Assembly (NCBI GenBank): GCA_018971305.1
Contig: JAGXBC010000001.1
Span: 31,408 to 95,407 of the forward strand
Source of the DNA: Patescibacteria group bacterium
GTDB lineage: Bacteria > Patescibacteriota > Minisyncoccia > UBA6257 > 2-01-FULL-56-20
DNA length: 64,000 nucleotides
Direction: 5' to 3'
This document shows positions 27,856 through 37,260 of this stretch, one piece after another. Every line of letters begins with the position of its first letter. The stretch's first letter is position 1. Made by a program: the position numbers and the translations under genes. The notes under the pieces are model-generated. The model searched no databases. It was given only the letters and a program-made list of their open reading frames with translations, and was not told where the DNA came from.

Positions 27856-28878
27856 ATGTCTGCACCGTTCGCCAGAATAAATAACAGCACCCACACCCAC
27901 ATGGACGGAGCCTTCGCTCTTATCTCTATCCTGCCGCAGCTTTACGATATGGCGAAAATAGAATTTCCCTTCAATCGCTGGGGAAATTACCACAAAGAAA
28001 TCAAGAAGTTGTTCTATGAACCGCAAGGAGACATAGTACAATTATTTTCCAACATCACGAAAGTTATGCAGACAAAAGAAGCGCTCATTCTCGTAGCTGC
28101 AACCTTTACCCGTTTCCACGCACGACAAGGATTCAGATATTGCGAGGCAACAATCGCACCGCAATATCACACAAAAGCGGGGCTTACGGAAGAAGAAGTT
28201 ATCCGTGCCCTCGTTAAAGGAATAAAAATCGGCGAAAGAGAATATCCGGAAATTGAAATGAATATAATTTTTACTATCGGACGAGAGGCTTCGCCCGAAG
28301 AAGGCGTACGTCTTGTCGAAGCCGCCAGCCGTTGCAACAGAAACTATGTCGTAGGCATCGGCCTTGCCTGCGACGAAGCGGGGTATCCTCCTCAAAGACA
28401 CATTCCGGCTTTCAGGCGAGCGAAAGAACTGGGATTTAAAACCACGGCCCATGCCGGAGAGTGGGCAAGCGCGGACTTGAATGCCGAAATGTACGAGGCG
28501 CAGCTTGTAGAAAACATCCGCTGCGCAATATTTGATCTTGAAGTTGATAGGATCGGCCACGCCATTCCCCTCGGTCGGCATCCGGAACTCATATCGGAGG
28601 TCGTAAAAAGAGGAGTCGGCATTGAGGGCTGCCCCGGCTCAAATCTGGCATCGGAGTTGATTCCCAATATGAAATATTTGAAAATTCGCGACATGCTCCA
28701 GGCTGGAGTTCTCTATTTCATTAACGCGGACGACGATTTATTCCTCCCCGACATCAACGAAACTTACTGGTTATGTGACGAGGAATACGATTTCAGCGAC
28801 GAAGAAAAAGCGCAGATGATAAAAAATTCCTGGCTGACCAGATTCGGCAGAAGAAAATACCAATCCCCCGTTCTATAG
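27856..28878 (+). CDS. add: Adenosine/adenine deaminase family protein
   Basis: Metal-binding HTHMDG (HxHxDG), TAHAGE and FINADDD motifs of the adenosine deaminase family. ATG with AGGAGG RBS chosen over the upstream GTG. Confidence 0.8.
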   Translation: MSAPFARINNSTHTHMDGAFALISILPQLYDMAKIEFPFNRWGNYHKEIKKLFYEPQGDIVQLFSNITKVMQTKEALILVAATFTRFHARQGFRYCEATIAPQYHTKAGLTEEEVIRALVKGIKIGEREYPEIEMNIIFTIGREASPEEGVRLVEAASRCNRNYVVGIGLACDEAGYPPQRHIPAFRRAKELGFKTTAHAGEWASADLNAEMYEAQLVENIRCAIFDLEVDRIGHAIPLGRHPELISEVVKRGVGIEGCPGSNLASELIPNMKYLKIRDMLQAGVLYFINADDDLFLPDINETYWLCDEEYDFSDEEKAQMIKNSWLTRFGRRKYQSPVL

Positions 28879-28891
28879 CGGGGGCTTTATT

Positions 28892-29182
28892 TTACTGGCC
28901 CGAAGAAGTTGCCGAACTTGTGGATGGTACGATGATTATCATATTCTCGCCAGGGCTTTTGTAGTTGAAGCGCGCCCTCAGTTCTTTTTCCAGATTGACA
29001 GGATTAGTATAATAATCCAACTCCGATTGGAAATCGGCGGCGTCCAATTTCGCCTGATCAAGTTTTGCCTTCATAACGGAAAAATCATTTTGCGCAGACA
29101 CGGTCAAGCCAGAAAACCGGTAGATTTGTACGCTCAGAAATATAATAATGGCGGACAAAATGATTATCGCGAATAGCTTCAT
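28892..29182 (-). CDS. Septum formation initiator FtsB/DivIC-like protein
   Basis: N-terminal TM, coiled coil, and C-terminal EKELRARFNYKSPGENMIIIV resembling FtsB. Confidence 0.55.
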   Translation of the reverse strand: MKLFAIIILSAIIIFLSVQIYRFSGLTVSAQNDFSVMKAKLDQAKLDAADFQSELDYYTNPVNLEKELRARFNYKSPGENMIIIVPSTSSATSSGQ

Positions 29183-29241
29183 TATGTATTTAGAATACAG
29201 CTTGGAAGAAAATTTGGAAACAATAAAAAACCGGCCAAAGT

Positions 29242-29484
29242 TCAGGGCCGGTTAATTTCACACTCGTTACAGGATATTCCACTTTTGATACCATTTAATT
29301 CTCGCCTTCTGGCTAGAGATTGCAGTACGATACCGACGGAAAAGACGAATAGGAAATAACCGATTGTCCTTAGCCCCCTATTCAATTGCTCCGATTCAAT
29401 TGGGGTATTGATTACGATGCGCAGCGTTGCCATAACCATTCCTGCAAGCGAAAAAATTGATAATTTTCTGCCCCAATTCACCAT
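29242..29484 (-). CDS. Hypothetical small membrane protein (80 aa)
   Basis: Two hydrophobic segments; weak call. Confidence 0.3.
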   Translation of the reverse strand: MVNWGRKLSIFSLAGMVMATLRIVINTPIESEQLNRGLRTIGYFLFVFSVGIVLQSLARRRELNGIKSGISCNECEINRP

Positions 29485-29565
29485 ACCTCACCCCCTCAAG
29501 CAGTGAACGCTGGAATCATACTATCTCTTAGAGAAAGAATGTCAATATTTTTGAGCGTTGCAAAC

Positions 29566-31815
29566 TTACTTCTTCAAAATCTCCCTGAATACCTCCGGCG
29601 ATAAACTCACCCTGCCCGTTTCTTTCAATCTTTTTTTGCCTCGCTGCTGTTTTTTCCAAAGCTTCATTTTCCGTGTTCTGTCGCCGCCGTTCTTCCCGAA
29701 ATCGCCGAGTGCTTTCTTCATCGCAGCAATCGTCTCGCGCGCGACAATCCTGCCCATAGCCCGAGCCTGCACCGCTTGGGAAAATTGCTGTTTCGGAAGG
29801 AGCTCTTTTAATCTTTCAACTGAGGTCCGCGCCTCGCGTTCCATATCTTTTTTGGCAACTATGCGAGTCAAAGCCGGCACGACTTCCTCCGCCACCAAAA
29901 TTTCCAATTTCTCAACCTCCGCTTCCGCCTCGCCGTCCAACTCGTAGCTGAACGACGCAAATCCAGCTGATACCGATTTCAACTTGTCATCAAAATCACG
30001 GATAAGTTCGGAAAGCGGCATGCGCGCGATTATGAGCAGATTGTCACCGATATTTTTTATCTCGGAAACTTCAATATCGAAAATTGTTTTAAGATTAACG
30101 ACTTGGCTAAGGTAGGCCTGAGGCGCGAGTATTTCCATTTTTATCATCGGCTGCCAGACACGCTCGGGCTTCATGGGAAATTCGTGCGGTTCCTTGACGA
30201 TAAAATCTTTTCCGCCGTCGCGTACTCGGTAAGCGATAGAAGGAAAGCTTGTTAAAAATTCCAGATTGAATTCTCTCTCCAGGCGGCTCGCAGTAATTTC
30301 AAAGTGGAGCTGACCCAAAAAACCCACTTTTAAACCTCTGCCCAGAGCTTCGTTCGCGTCGGGCTCAAAGCTCAAAGCGGCGTCAGTTAAACGCAAACGT
30401 TCCAACCCCCTCTGTAAATCTTCAAATTTTGTATCTCCGTCCGGATAGAATGCTATAAAGACTACCGGCGCTGGCTCTTTATATCCATGCAATTGCTCCG
30501 CCTTTGAACCTGCAATCGCAATAGTGTCTCCAATATGAACTAGCGCTGGCTCCTTTAGCCCTGTTGCCACATAGCCCATTTCATCGGGACCTATCGCCGG
30601 GGTCGCCTTCAGTTCCGGAGAAAAATAACCGACCTCCTTGATTTTGAATTTTGCTCCCGTGGCGAGAAGAACAACTTCGCTTCCGGAATTAATAGAATTG
30701 TCGCTTACGCCGGGGAAAACCCGCACGAAAGCCAATATGCCTTTGTGATCGTCGTACAAAGAATCAAAAATCAAAGCACGCGGCTCTTGGCCTCCGGTAT
30801 CATCAATTTTTTTAGGCGGCGGCGTTTGCTTCACGACGCCACCCAAAAGTTCTTTAACTCCTTCGCCGGTCTTCGCAGAAATCCTGAATATCTCTTCTTC
30901 TCCAACTCCGAGTAAGTCCGCGGTTGCCTTAATCACTTTATTTATATGAGGCAGGTCCAGGTCTATTTTATTTACTGCTCCGATAATAGTAAGCCCGGCT
31001 TTTCGTGCCGCACGCAAATTAGAAAGTGTCTGCGCCTGGATTCCTTTCGCGCCGTCAATTAAAAGTACTGCCCCTTCAACTGCCGTTAATGCCCGCGAGA
31101 CCTCGTAAGAAAAATCGCTGTGGCCCGGGGTGTCAATCAGGTTGAGTATATACTCAACCTGCTCAGATTTTCGCAGATCAGACGCAGATGTACGCCGATC
31201 GCGAGCGGAATCGTAAACAATTCTTTCGATTTCAACGCCCTTGGGAGCAAAGTTGATCAAGAGAGATATTTTATAATCAGAACCTCGCAGATAAGACCAG
31301 GCTTGTTTTTTTTCGGTATCGCCAATAAAGGGCAGGGCTTTAAGCTCAATTAAAACCTCCTTATTGATCAGCAGGTCAGGATAATAATCGCCAACAGGTT
31401 TATCATCGTATTGTATTTTTAAATGCGGTTGGGCAATAAAATCAACGCCCCGACTTTTTAGCTCAATCTCCAAGGATTTCTGATATACCGATTCACGAAA
31501 TCCTGGACCAATTTTATTCCAAACATCAAAAGCAGCTCCTCGTATTTTGTAGGTTAATTCCTTGTATAAAAATTTGGTATCTGCGTTTATCTGCGTATCA
31601 TCGGCGTTAATCTGCGCAGGATGCTTATAGAGCATCCTGACGGGCGCCATTTTTATAGTAATCCCCCGCTCGCGCTCCAATTCCAATTTATCCAAATACT
31701 GCGGTTTCATCCGCCGCGCGTCCACCGTTCCCGTAATCTCCAAAAGTCGATCCGCCAAAGTTGATTTACCGGAGTCAATATGCGCGATAATTACGAAGTT
31801 TCTTATATTCTCCAT
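29566..31815 (-). CDS. lepA: Elongation factor 4 (LepA) with an in-frame ~156-aa GxxExxY / PD-(D/E)XK-like insertion in the G domain
   Basis: G1 AHIDSGKST, G2 RGITIK, G3 DTPGHSDF, and the LepA-specific C-terminus GDRTRKMKLWKKQQRGKKRLKETGRVSLSPEVF. Between G2 and G3 (residues ~66-221, nt ~31153-31620) lies a GxxExxY-family module GPGFRESVY...YPDLLINKEVLIELK. Start placed at MENIRNF. Confidence 0.85.
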   Translation of the reverse strand: MENIRNFVIIAHIDSGKSTLADRLLEITGTVDARRMKPQYLDKLELERERGITIKMAPVRMLYKHPAQINADDTQINADTKFLYKELTYKIRGAAFDVWNKIGPGFRESVYQKSLEIELKSRGVDFIAQPHLKIQYDDKPVGDYYPDLLINKEVLIELKALPFIGDTEKKQAWSYLRGSDYKISLLINFAPKGVEIERIVYDSARDRRTSASDLRKSEQVEYILNLIDTPGHSDFSYEVSRALTAVEGAVLLIDGAKGIQAQTLSNLRAARKAGLTIIGAVNKIDLDLPHINKVIKATADLLGVGEEEIFRISAKTGEGVKELLGGVVKQTPPPKKIDDTGGQEPRALIFDSLYDDHKGILAFVRVFPGVSDNSINSGSEVVLLATGAKFKIKEVGYFSPELKATPAIGPDEMGYVATGLKEPALVHIGDTIAIAGSKAEQLHGYKEPAPVVFIAFYPDGDTKFEDLQRGLERLRLTDAALSFEPDANEALGRGLKVGFLGQLHFEITASRLEREFNLEFLTSFPSIAYRVRDGGKDFIVKEPHEFPMKPERVWQPMIKMEILAPQAYLSQVVNLKTIFDIEVSEIKNIGDNLLIIARMPLSELIRDFDDKLKSVSAGFASFSYELDGEAEAEVEKLEILVAEEVVPALTRIVAKKDMEREARTSVERLKELLPKQQFSQAVQARAMGRIVARETIAAMKKALGDFGKNGGDRTRKMKLWKKQQRGKKRLKETGRVSLSPEVFREILKK

Positions 31816-31890
31816 GATGTGAGTGTACAAATAAAAATGGCCATCCACAAGGAATGGCCGGTAAAACATAACAAACACCCGACTCGGTCT

Positions 31891-32112
31891 TCAGCGACTG
31901 AAAGGCAATGATATTGTACGGCTAACTTCTGCCTCTTTGACGCCGTCAAACTCTCTATGTATCTTAACCCGCAACTCAATAGAGGTTTCTCCGGAAAAAC
32001 CATAACTTCCAAGAGCTTCTACAAGCTTCTGCAAATCTCTTTGGATGCACTTCTCGCCGGCATTGATCATTTTTGTCATCGACTGCCTATTCTCATTAGT
32101 CATTGTTACCAT
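31891..32112 (-). CDS. Hypothetical small protein (73 aa)
   Basis: ORF between lepA and the 684-aa gene; no motif. Confidence 0.3.
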   Translation of the reverse strand: MVTMTNENRQSMTKMINAGEKCIQRDLQKLVEALGSYGFSGETSIELRVKIHREFDGVKEAEVSRTISLPFSR

Positions 32113-32158
32113 ATCAGCCTACTCCTTGATGAATAAATTTACCTAGTGGGATTATACT

Positions 32159-34141
32159 CTATATCTTCTCCAATGTCAAGTTTACAATCAATCTTCCCGG
32201 CATGCCGCCCGACGATAGATCGGAATTACCGGAATCGTATTCATACACAGGCAGATCATTTTCTTTGAACTTATAGCCGACCGGAGCGCTGATAGTAAAT
32301 TTATAACTCCGTGGCGCGCCGATTCCCGGCAAAGCGGAAGTACTTGTGCTCTGCGGTATAAAAGTCCCCGCCTGTTTCTCAAATACAAATTGGTAGGTTT
32401 GCCCGTCCGAAGGCGCAAGCGGCAAACGGTGCGTGTAGTCAAAAACTAATTCTGTTTTCCCTCCGGCCGCAACGCGCGACCACGTGGCAAAAACCTCTTT
32501 ACCGAATTCTTCGTATTTAAAAGCGGCGGGGTAATTAAATATCCTTTCCGTGGAAGAATCTATTTGCCCCACAAAATCGTCTGCCATATATCCATTTTTC
32601 GCATAGTTGGTCGGCGCGTAAATTTTCTTTTCCAAACCACCACTGAAATTAGCTAGTTGGCTATCAGGCTGAACAAATACCTGAAGATAATCCTGATTCG
32701 TGGTTTTATACCACCAATCGCTGCCCTTATTCCCCTCGTGGGCGCGATCTATGGTTAAATGGTCGCTCACCGTTCCGTCTTCGTTAATCTGGCTCTCCAA
32801 AGAAACATCTTCTCTTACGAATAAATCCGATTTGCCGCCGCCGATATTCGCGTTCGCCACCGCAAGATAGTCGCCTTCAAAGTCATTCGGCAAGGCGTAA
32901 ACGCCGCCATCGCCGCCGTAGTAGGAAACAAATTTTTCCATATCGGGATCCGCAAAGTAAACCATCAAATCTTTATTCTTGAACCAATCCCGTACCAGCG
33001 ATATGAATGTCTGCTTTTGGGAACTGTCCATGGCCACAAGTTTCTTAAAAACCTCCGCCGCGAATTCTCTGAGCGCGGCTTTGGGATATGATACTCCGGT
33101 CACCTGTCCCTGTTCCACGCTTTTTTGTAATTCTCCCAAAAAATTTTCCGAGTCGATAGTCAATTTATAATCTTTTAATTCTATTGGTCCTGTTATATTC
33201 AATATGTCGGCAAGGACTTGCGGAGAAATTGCAATCGCCCCGCCAAAAATCGTGGAACTCGCGCTGTATAATTTGGAAGCGTCGGCAAATTTAACGGCTT
33301 GCGCCGCCGAAGACGGAAAATCAAAGAACCAATTGGAATCTGCAGTGCGCCAATTGGTAATAAGAGCTTGCAGCGGCTGCGGCGGAATCGTCTTTAAAGA
33401 AAGAGTCCGATCAATTTCGTTTATGTCATGAACCTCTGCTCCGGCAACTCCTCCCCGACCAATGGCCACATCCGCATAGCTTCCCAAAAATCCTCCGGCG
33501 GGGCGCATCTCCGAAGGATTCTGCAGCATGACAAAAATATGCCTCGGCGTGCCGGCGGAAAGCCAGCTTATCAGAGATTTCAAAAAATCATCAATACGAG
33601 CTATGTCCAGCTTCGCGGGAATATACATATCGAAAATCCCCGGTGAGATTCCTTCAAATTTTGAGGAGGCGGCGGATATCTCATCGCCGGCGGAGCTCAA
33701 CGAAGCCAAGGTTGCCTCGGTGGTTTTAAGGTGAGATAAGAATTCCTCGCCGTTACTTCCGGAGATTAGAGCCGATAGGTTATTTTCGAAATACGACAGC
33801 TCTTCTGCTATGGCCACACCTCCGGAAGCCAAATTTTTAAAGCCGGAGAGGGCATCTCCAGTCCCGCCGAACATTGATTGCAGTACAGAAATAAAGTCAC
33901 CGAACGACATATCCGTACCGCTCGCTACCGACAGGAATTTTTTCTGTGCGGCATCCGGATTAAGATTTTTCAAATCAGTTATTCCGGACCGGAAGTCGTC
34001 TAAATTGTTGGCCAAAGAGCTTTTAACTTTATTGGCTTGCCCGTAGATATATATTCCCGCCCCGGCGATAAAAATAATTATAAGAGCCGCTATCCCCCAA
34101 AAAATACCTTTGGGTAAAGAACGTTTTTCATTATCAGCCAT
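32159..34141 (-). CDS. Hypothetical large membrane-anchored extracytoplasmic protein (660 aa from MADNEKRS)
   Basis: Single N-terminal TM IFWGIAALIIIFIAGAGIYIY, then a large Gly/Ser/Asp-rich domain. Confidence 0.5.
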   Translation of the reverse strand: MADNEKRSLPKGIFWGIAALIIIFIAGAGIYIYGQANKVKSSLANNLDDFRSGITDLKNLNPDAAQKKFLSVASGTDMSFGDFISVLQSMFGGTGDALSGFKNLASGGVAIAEELSYFENNLSALISGSNGEEFLSHLKTTEATLASLSSAGDEISAASSKFEGISPGIFDMYIPAKLDIARIDDFLKSLISWLSAGTPRHIFVMLQNPSEMRPAGGFLGSYADVAIGRGGVAGAEVHDINEIDRTLSLKTIPPQPLQALITNWRTADSNWFFDFPSSAAQAVKFADASKLYSASSTIFGGAIAISPQVLADILNITGPIELKDYKLTIDSENFLGELQKSVEQGQVTGVSYPKAALREFAAEVFKKLVAMDSSQKQTFISLVRDWFKNKDLMVYFADPDMEKFVSYYGGDGGVYALPNDFEGDYLAVANANIGGGKSDLFVREDVSLESQINEDGTVSDHLTIDRAHEGNKGSDWWYKTTNQDYLQVFVQPDSQLANFSGGLEKKIYAPTNYAKNGYMADDFVGQIDSSTERIFNYPAAFKYEEFGKEVFATWSRVAAGGKTELVFDYTHRLPLAPSDGQTYQFVFEKQAGTFIPQSTSTSALPGIGAPRSYKFTISAPVGYKFKENDLPVYEYDSGNSDLSSGGMPGRLIVNLTLEKI

Positions 34142-34262
34142 TTGATAAATTCTAACGCGGCAGGCAAGAAACTCAAAAGCCGGAAAAATAAAAACCTGGA
34201 TTAAAAGATACAAGCTTATGGCAGGTGATGTTCAATCTTTTTGCTATAATAAACTTAATTGC

Positions 34263-36218
34263 ATGCAATTTCTGCAAAAAATTTCTTCCCGCACAGCTTT
34301 GTACGTGCTCATCATAATCTGCGTCGCATCTTTTTCCTTGATGCTTTACGCTTCGCGGGGCGACTCCGCCATTGACGACGAACTTGCCCATATTCCCGCG
34401 GGCTACGCCTACGTTCACAATCTTGATTACCGCCTTAATCCGGAACACCCGCCGCTCGTAAAAGCTCTGGCCATGCTGCCGGTTTTGTTTTTAAACCCGA
34501 ATTTCCCCGCGCAAAGCGATACCTGGATACATGAAACGAACAAACAGTGGGATATGGGCACGCAATTCCTCTACAATTCTGGAAACGATGCGAACCAAAT
34601 AATCCAACTGGGGCGATTCGGACCGATGTTGCTTACGATACTGCTCGTAATTCTCATATACGTCTGGTCGCGAGAAATTTTCGGTGAATGGTGGGCCCTT
34701 TTGCCGGCCTTTATTTTCGCTTTCTCTCCGACAGTACTCGCTCACGGGCATTACGTAACAACCGACGTCGGCGCCGCTTTCGGGACGGTTCTCTCTACAT
34801 ATTTTTTCATAAAATTTCTGCTCAGTCCTTCGCGCAGACACCTGTTCTATGCCGGTCTCGCTTTGGGCATAGCGGAGGTAACTAAATTTTCCACGGTTCT
34901 GCTCGTACCCTACTTCATCATAATTCTCATAATTTACTATTTTATCGGATTGGCGAGAGACTGGCACCAAACAGAAACCGGCAAACGCCTCAAACGTTTT
35001 TCGATAAGAGCGTGGCATTATCTGAAATCGCTTGTGATTGTTTTTTTTATCGGTTACGCCCTCATCGTCTATCCGATCTATTTTCTATTCACGTTTAATT
35101 ACCCCATACAGAAACAAGTGTCCGATACCGAATCTATTTTAAATTCCTTCGCCAGCGGTCCGACTACGGCGGGAGAATATTGCCACGGACTGCGCTGCCT
35201 GGCAGATCTGGATGTCTGGATGAGTAAGCACGAATCGACGCGCCCGCTTGCGGAATATATGCTTGGAGTGCTTATGGTTATGCAACGTTCGTCCGGAGGA
35301 AATACCCATTATTTTCTGGGCCAGGTTTCCGCAGACGGTTCGCCAATCTACTTTCCTATCGTTTATCTCCTTAAAGAACCTCTGCCGGTTCTCATAATGG
35401 TACTACTCGCCCTGACTATCTCCTGTTGGAATATATTAAAAAAGATGCGGGGGCAAGCGCATCTTGTTGCAACACACCTTTTCAATTGGCTCGAGCTGAA
35501 TTTCACGGAATTTTCCATGCTGACTTTTATTTTTATCTATTGGGACTACAGTATTCATAGCACTCTGAACATAGGCTTCCGGCACCTCTTACCAACATTG
35601 CCATTCATTTATATTCTCACTGCCGGATTTTGGAAAAAATGGATAATGACCATAAATCTGCCACCCACATCTTCAATCTGGAAAAACCTCGGAATAAAAT
35701 TAAGAGTGCTGATTTCTTCTTCTTTTAAATACGTATTTTTAATACTTCTGGTTGTTTGGTTTTTCTTTGAAACCATGGCAGCCGCGCCGTACTTCCTGTC
35801 TTATTTCAACGAAATAGGCGGCGGCGTCTGGGGTGGCTACCGCTACGTAACCGATTCCAATTACGACTGGGGGCAAGATTTATTGCGTTTACAGCAATTC
35901 ATAAAATCCCATCCGGAAATAGATAAGATTGCCGTTGACTACTTCGGCGGCGGCAATCCCAAATATTATTTGGGCAACAAAGAAGTTGATTGGCAGTCAT
36001 CCAAAGGCAATCCCACGGACCAAGGCATCCATTGGCTTGCTGTTTCAATAAATACTTTACAAGGAGCGATCCAGCCGCTTGCCCCGGAGCAGGCGCGCGA
36101 ATCCCAGGAGTCATATTCTTGGCTCAACTCTTTGCGGCATCCTACTCCCGGCCTGGGTAATGTTCCGGAACCGGATTATCGGTCGGGGACTTCAATATTC
36201 ATTTATCACTTGCAATAA
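34263..36218 (+). CDS. GT-C fold glycosyltransferase (ArnT/PMT-like, GT39/GT83-type)
   Basis: Polytopic membrane protein with an early DDELAHIPAGY motif (the DE..H region of ArnT/PMT-type transferases) and many TM helices. Start at MQFLQK is uncertain (alternative 34218). Confidence 0.65.
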   Translation: MQFLQKISSRTALYVLIIICVASFSLMLYASRGDSAIDDELAHIPAGYAYVHNLDYRLNPEHPPLVKALAMLPVLFLNPNFPAQSDTWIHETNKQWDMGTQFLYNSGNDANQIIQLGRFGPMLLTILLVILIYVWSREIFGEWWALLPAFIFAFSPTVLAHGHYVTTDVGAAFGTVLSTYFFIKFLLSPSRRHLFYAGLALGIAEVTKFSTVLLVPYFIIILIIYYFIGLARDWHQTETGKRLKRFSIRAWHYLKSLVIVFFIGYALIVYPIYFLFTFNYPIQKQVSDTESILNSFASGPTTAGEYCHGLRCLADLDVWMSKHESTRPLAEYMLGVLMVMQRSSGGNTHYFLGQVSADGSPIYFPIVYLLKEPLPVLIMVLLALTISCWNILKKMRGQAHLVATHLFNWLELNFTEFSMLTFIFIYWDYSIHSTLNIGFRHLLPTLPFIYILTAGFWKKWIMTINLPPTSSIWKNLGIKLRVLISSSFKYVFLILLVVWFFFETMAAAPYFLSYFNEIGGGVWGGYRYVTDSNYDWGQDLLRLQQFIKSHPEIDKIAVDYFGGGNPKYYLGNKEVDWQSSKGNPTDQGIHWLAVSINTLQGAIQPLAPEQARESQESYSWLNSLRHPTPGLGNVPEPDYRSGTSIFIYHLQ

Positions 36219-36338
36219 AAATACCGCGAGTGATTCTCGTAACACCTCGCTTCTATTAAACTATGCTAATTCTAAGAACGCCGACATTTATAAATCAATA
36301 GCTTTGAATCAAAATCGTTCACGACGACTTCACGGATT

Positions 36339-37211
36339 TTATTTGTAATACGCCCTGTTCTCAACTCGAAAATCAAAATATTGCCAGTTACTGAAACCCG
36401 GCTTGGACATAAAATTATTCAAAACCGATAAATCGTTATCGGCCGGGAAACGCAGGCTGAAATAAAGAGTCGGTCCGTCGTGCGTATCTACCTCCAGCTC
36501 TTCCAAAGACAAATCATTCAAACGAATTTCTTTTACGCTCACGCCGCTGTTCCGTAAAACCTTAAAGATGCTATTAAGTTTATCCATAAACTTTGATGGC
36601 AGAACGGTTCTGCCCAAACCTAAATTTTTCTGGTAATAATCGTCAACGACCATTATCAGGCTTCCCTGCGCAGGAACCGCTCTTTGGAAAACCGTGCCCT
36701 CGTTGTCAAACCACCAGCAACTGTCACCTGTGGAGGCGGCAGACATACCCTGATCACCTTTGGCGTCCGCCTGCATGCCACCCACGTCTGTCTGCGACCC
36801 CCGAAGACACCAAATTCCATACGGCTGTCGTTCTTCGACCATAACGGAAACAGTTCTGTCTTGAAAATCCTTTTCTATCTTCAGACTTTTAATTTCCGGC
36901 ACGAGAGCTAAGTCTTTATCCGACGGTAATTCGGGCCAGATCAAAATATTATTGAAACCGAGAATTGCGTGCGAGAAATTGCCGGCAATAAGCCGCGAAT
37001 CAAGCAGGTCCATAATCGTACTGCTTGCCACCGATTTATTGCCGATAATGTTTATCTCTTTAATGCGGAAAACAGGTGAACGGAAAACAAGCCAGCTTGC
37101 TCCCAAGAGAATCAAATAAACTATTAAAATAATTATCCCAACAAAAATATACAGGCGTTGACGCCTTTTTCTGTCCCGTAATTCCGAAATGTTTATTTCT
37201 GCGTTGGACAT
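36339..37211 (-). CDS. Cell division protein FtsQ/DivIB-like (TM + POTRA)
   Basis: N-terminal TM LYIFVGIIILIVYLILLGASWLVF, then POTRA-like FRIKEINIIGNKSVASSTIMDLL; contains a Gly/Asp-rich insert. Confidence 0.55.
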   Translation of the reverse strand: MSNAEINISELRDRKRRQRLYIFVGIIILIVYLILLGASWLVFRSPVFRIKEINIIGNKSVASSTIMDLLDSRLIAGNFSHAILGFNNILIWPELPSDKDLALVPEIKSLKIEKDFQDRTVSVMVEERQPYGIWCLRGSQTDVGGMQADAKGDQGMSAASTGDSCWWFDNEGTVFQRAVPAQGSLIMVVDDYYQKNLGLGRTVLPSKFMDKLNSIFKVLRNSGVSVKEIRLNDLSLEELEVDTHDGPTLYFSLRFPADNDLSVLNNFMSKPGFSNWQYFDFRVENRAYYK

Positions 37212-37260
37212 CTTTGCCTACATAAATAATAACAATGACTATATAATTAGAAAAACAGCC

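Noticed and set aside
29566-31815. Intein interpretation of the LepA insertion
   Set aside because: No Hint-domain blocks, no LAGLIDADG or HNH endonuclease motifs, the insert begins with Pro not Cys/Ser/Thr, and the residue after it is Tyr. The insert instead matches the GxxExxY family end to end.
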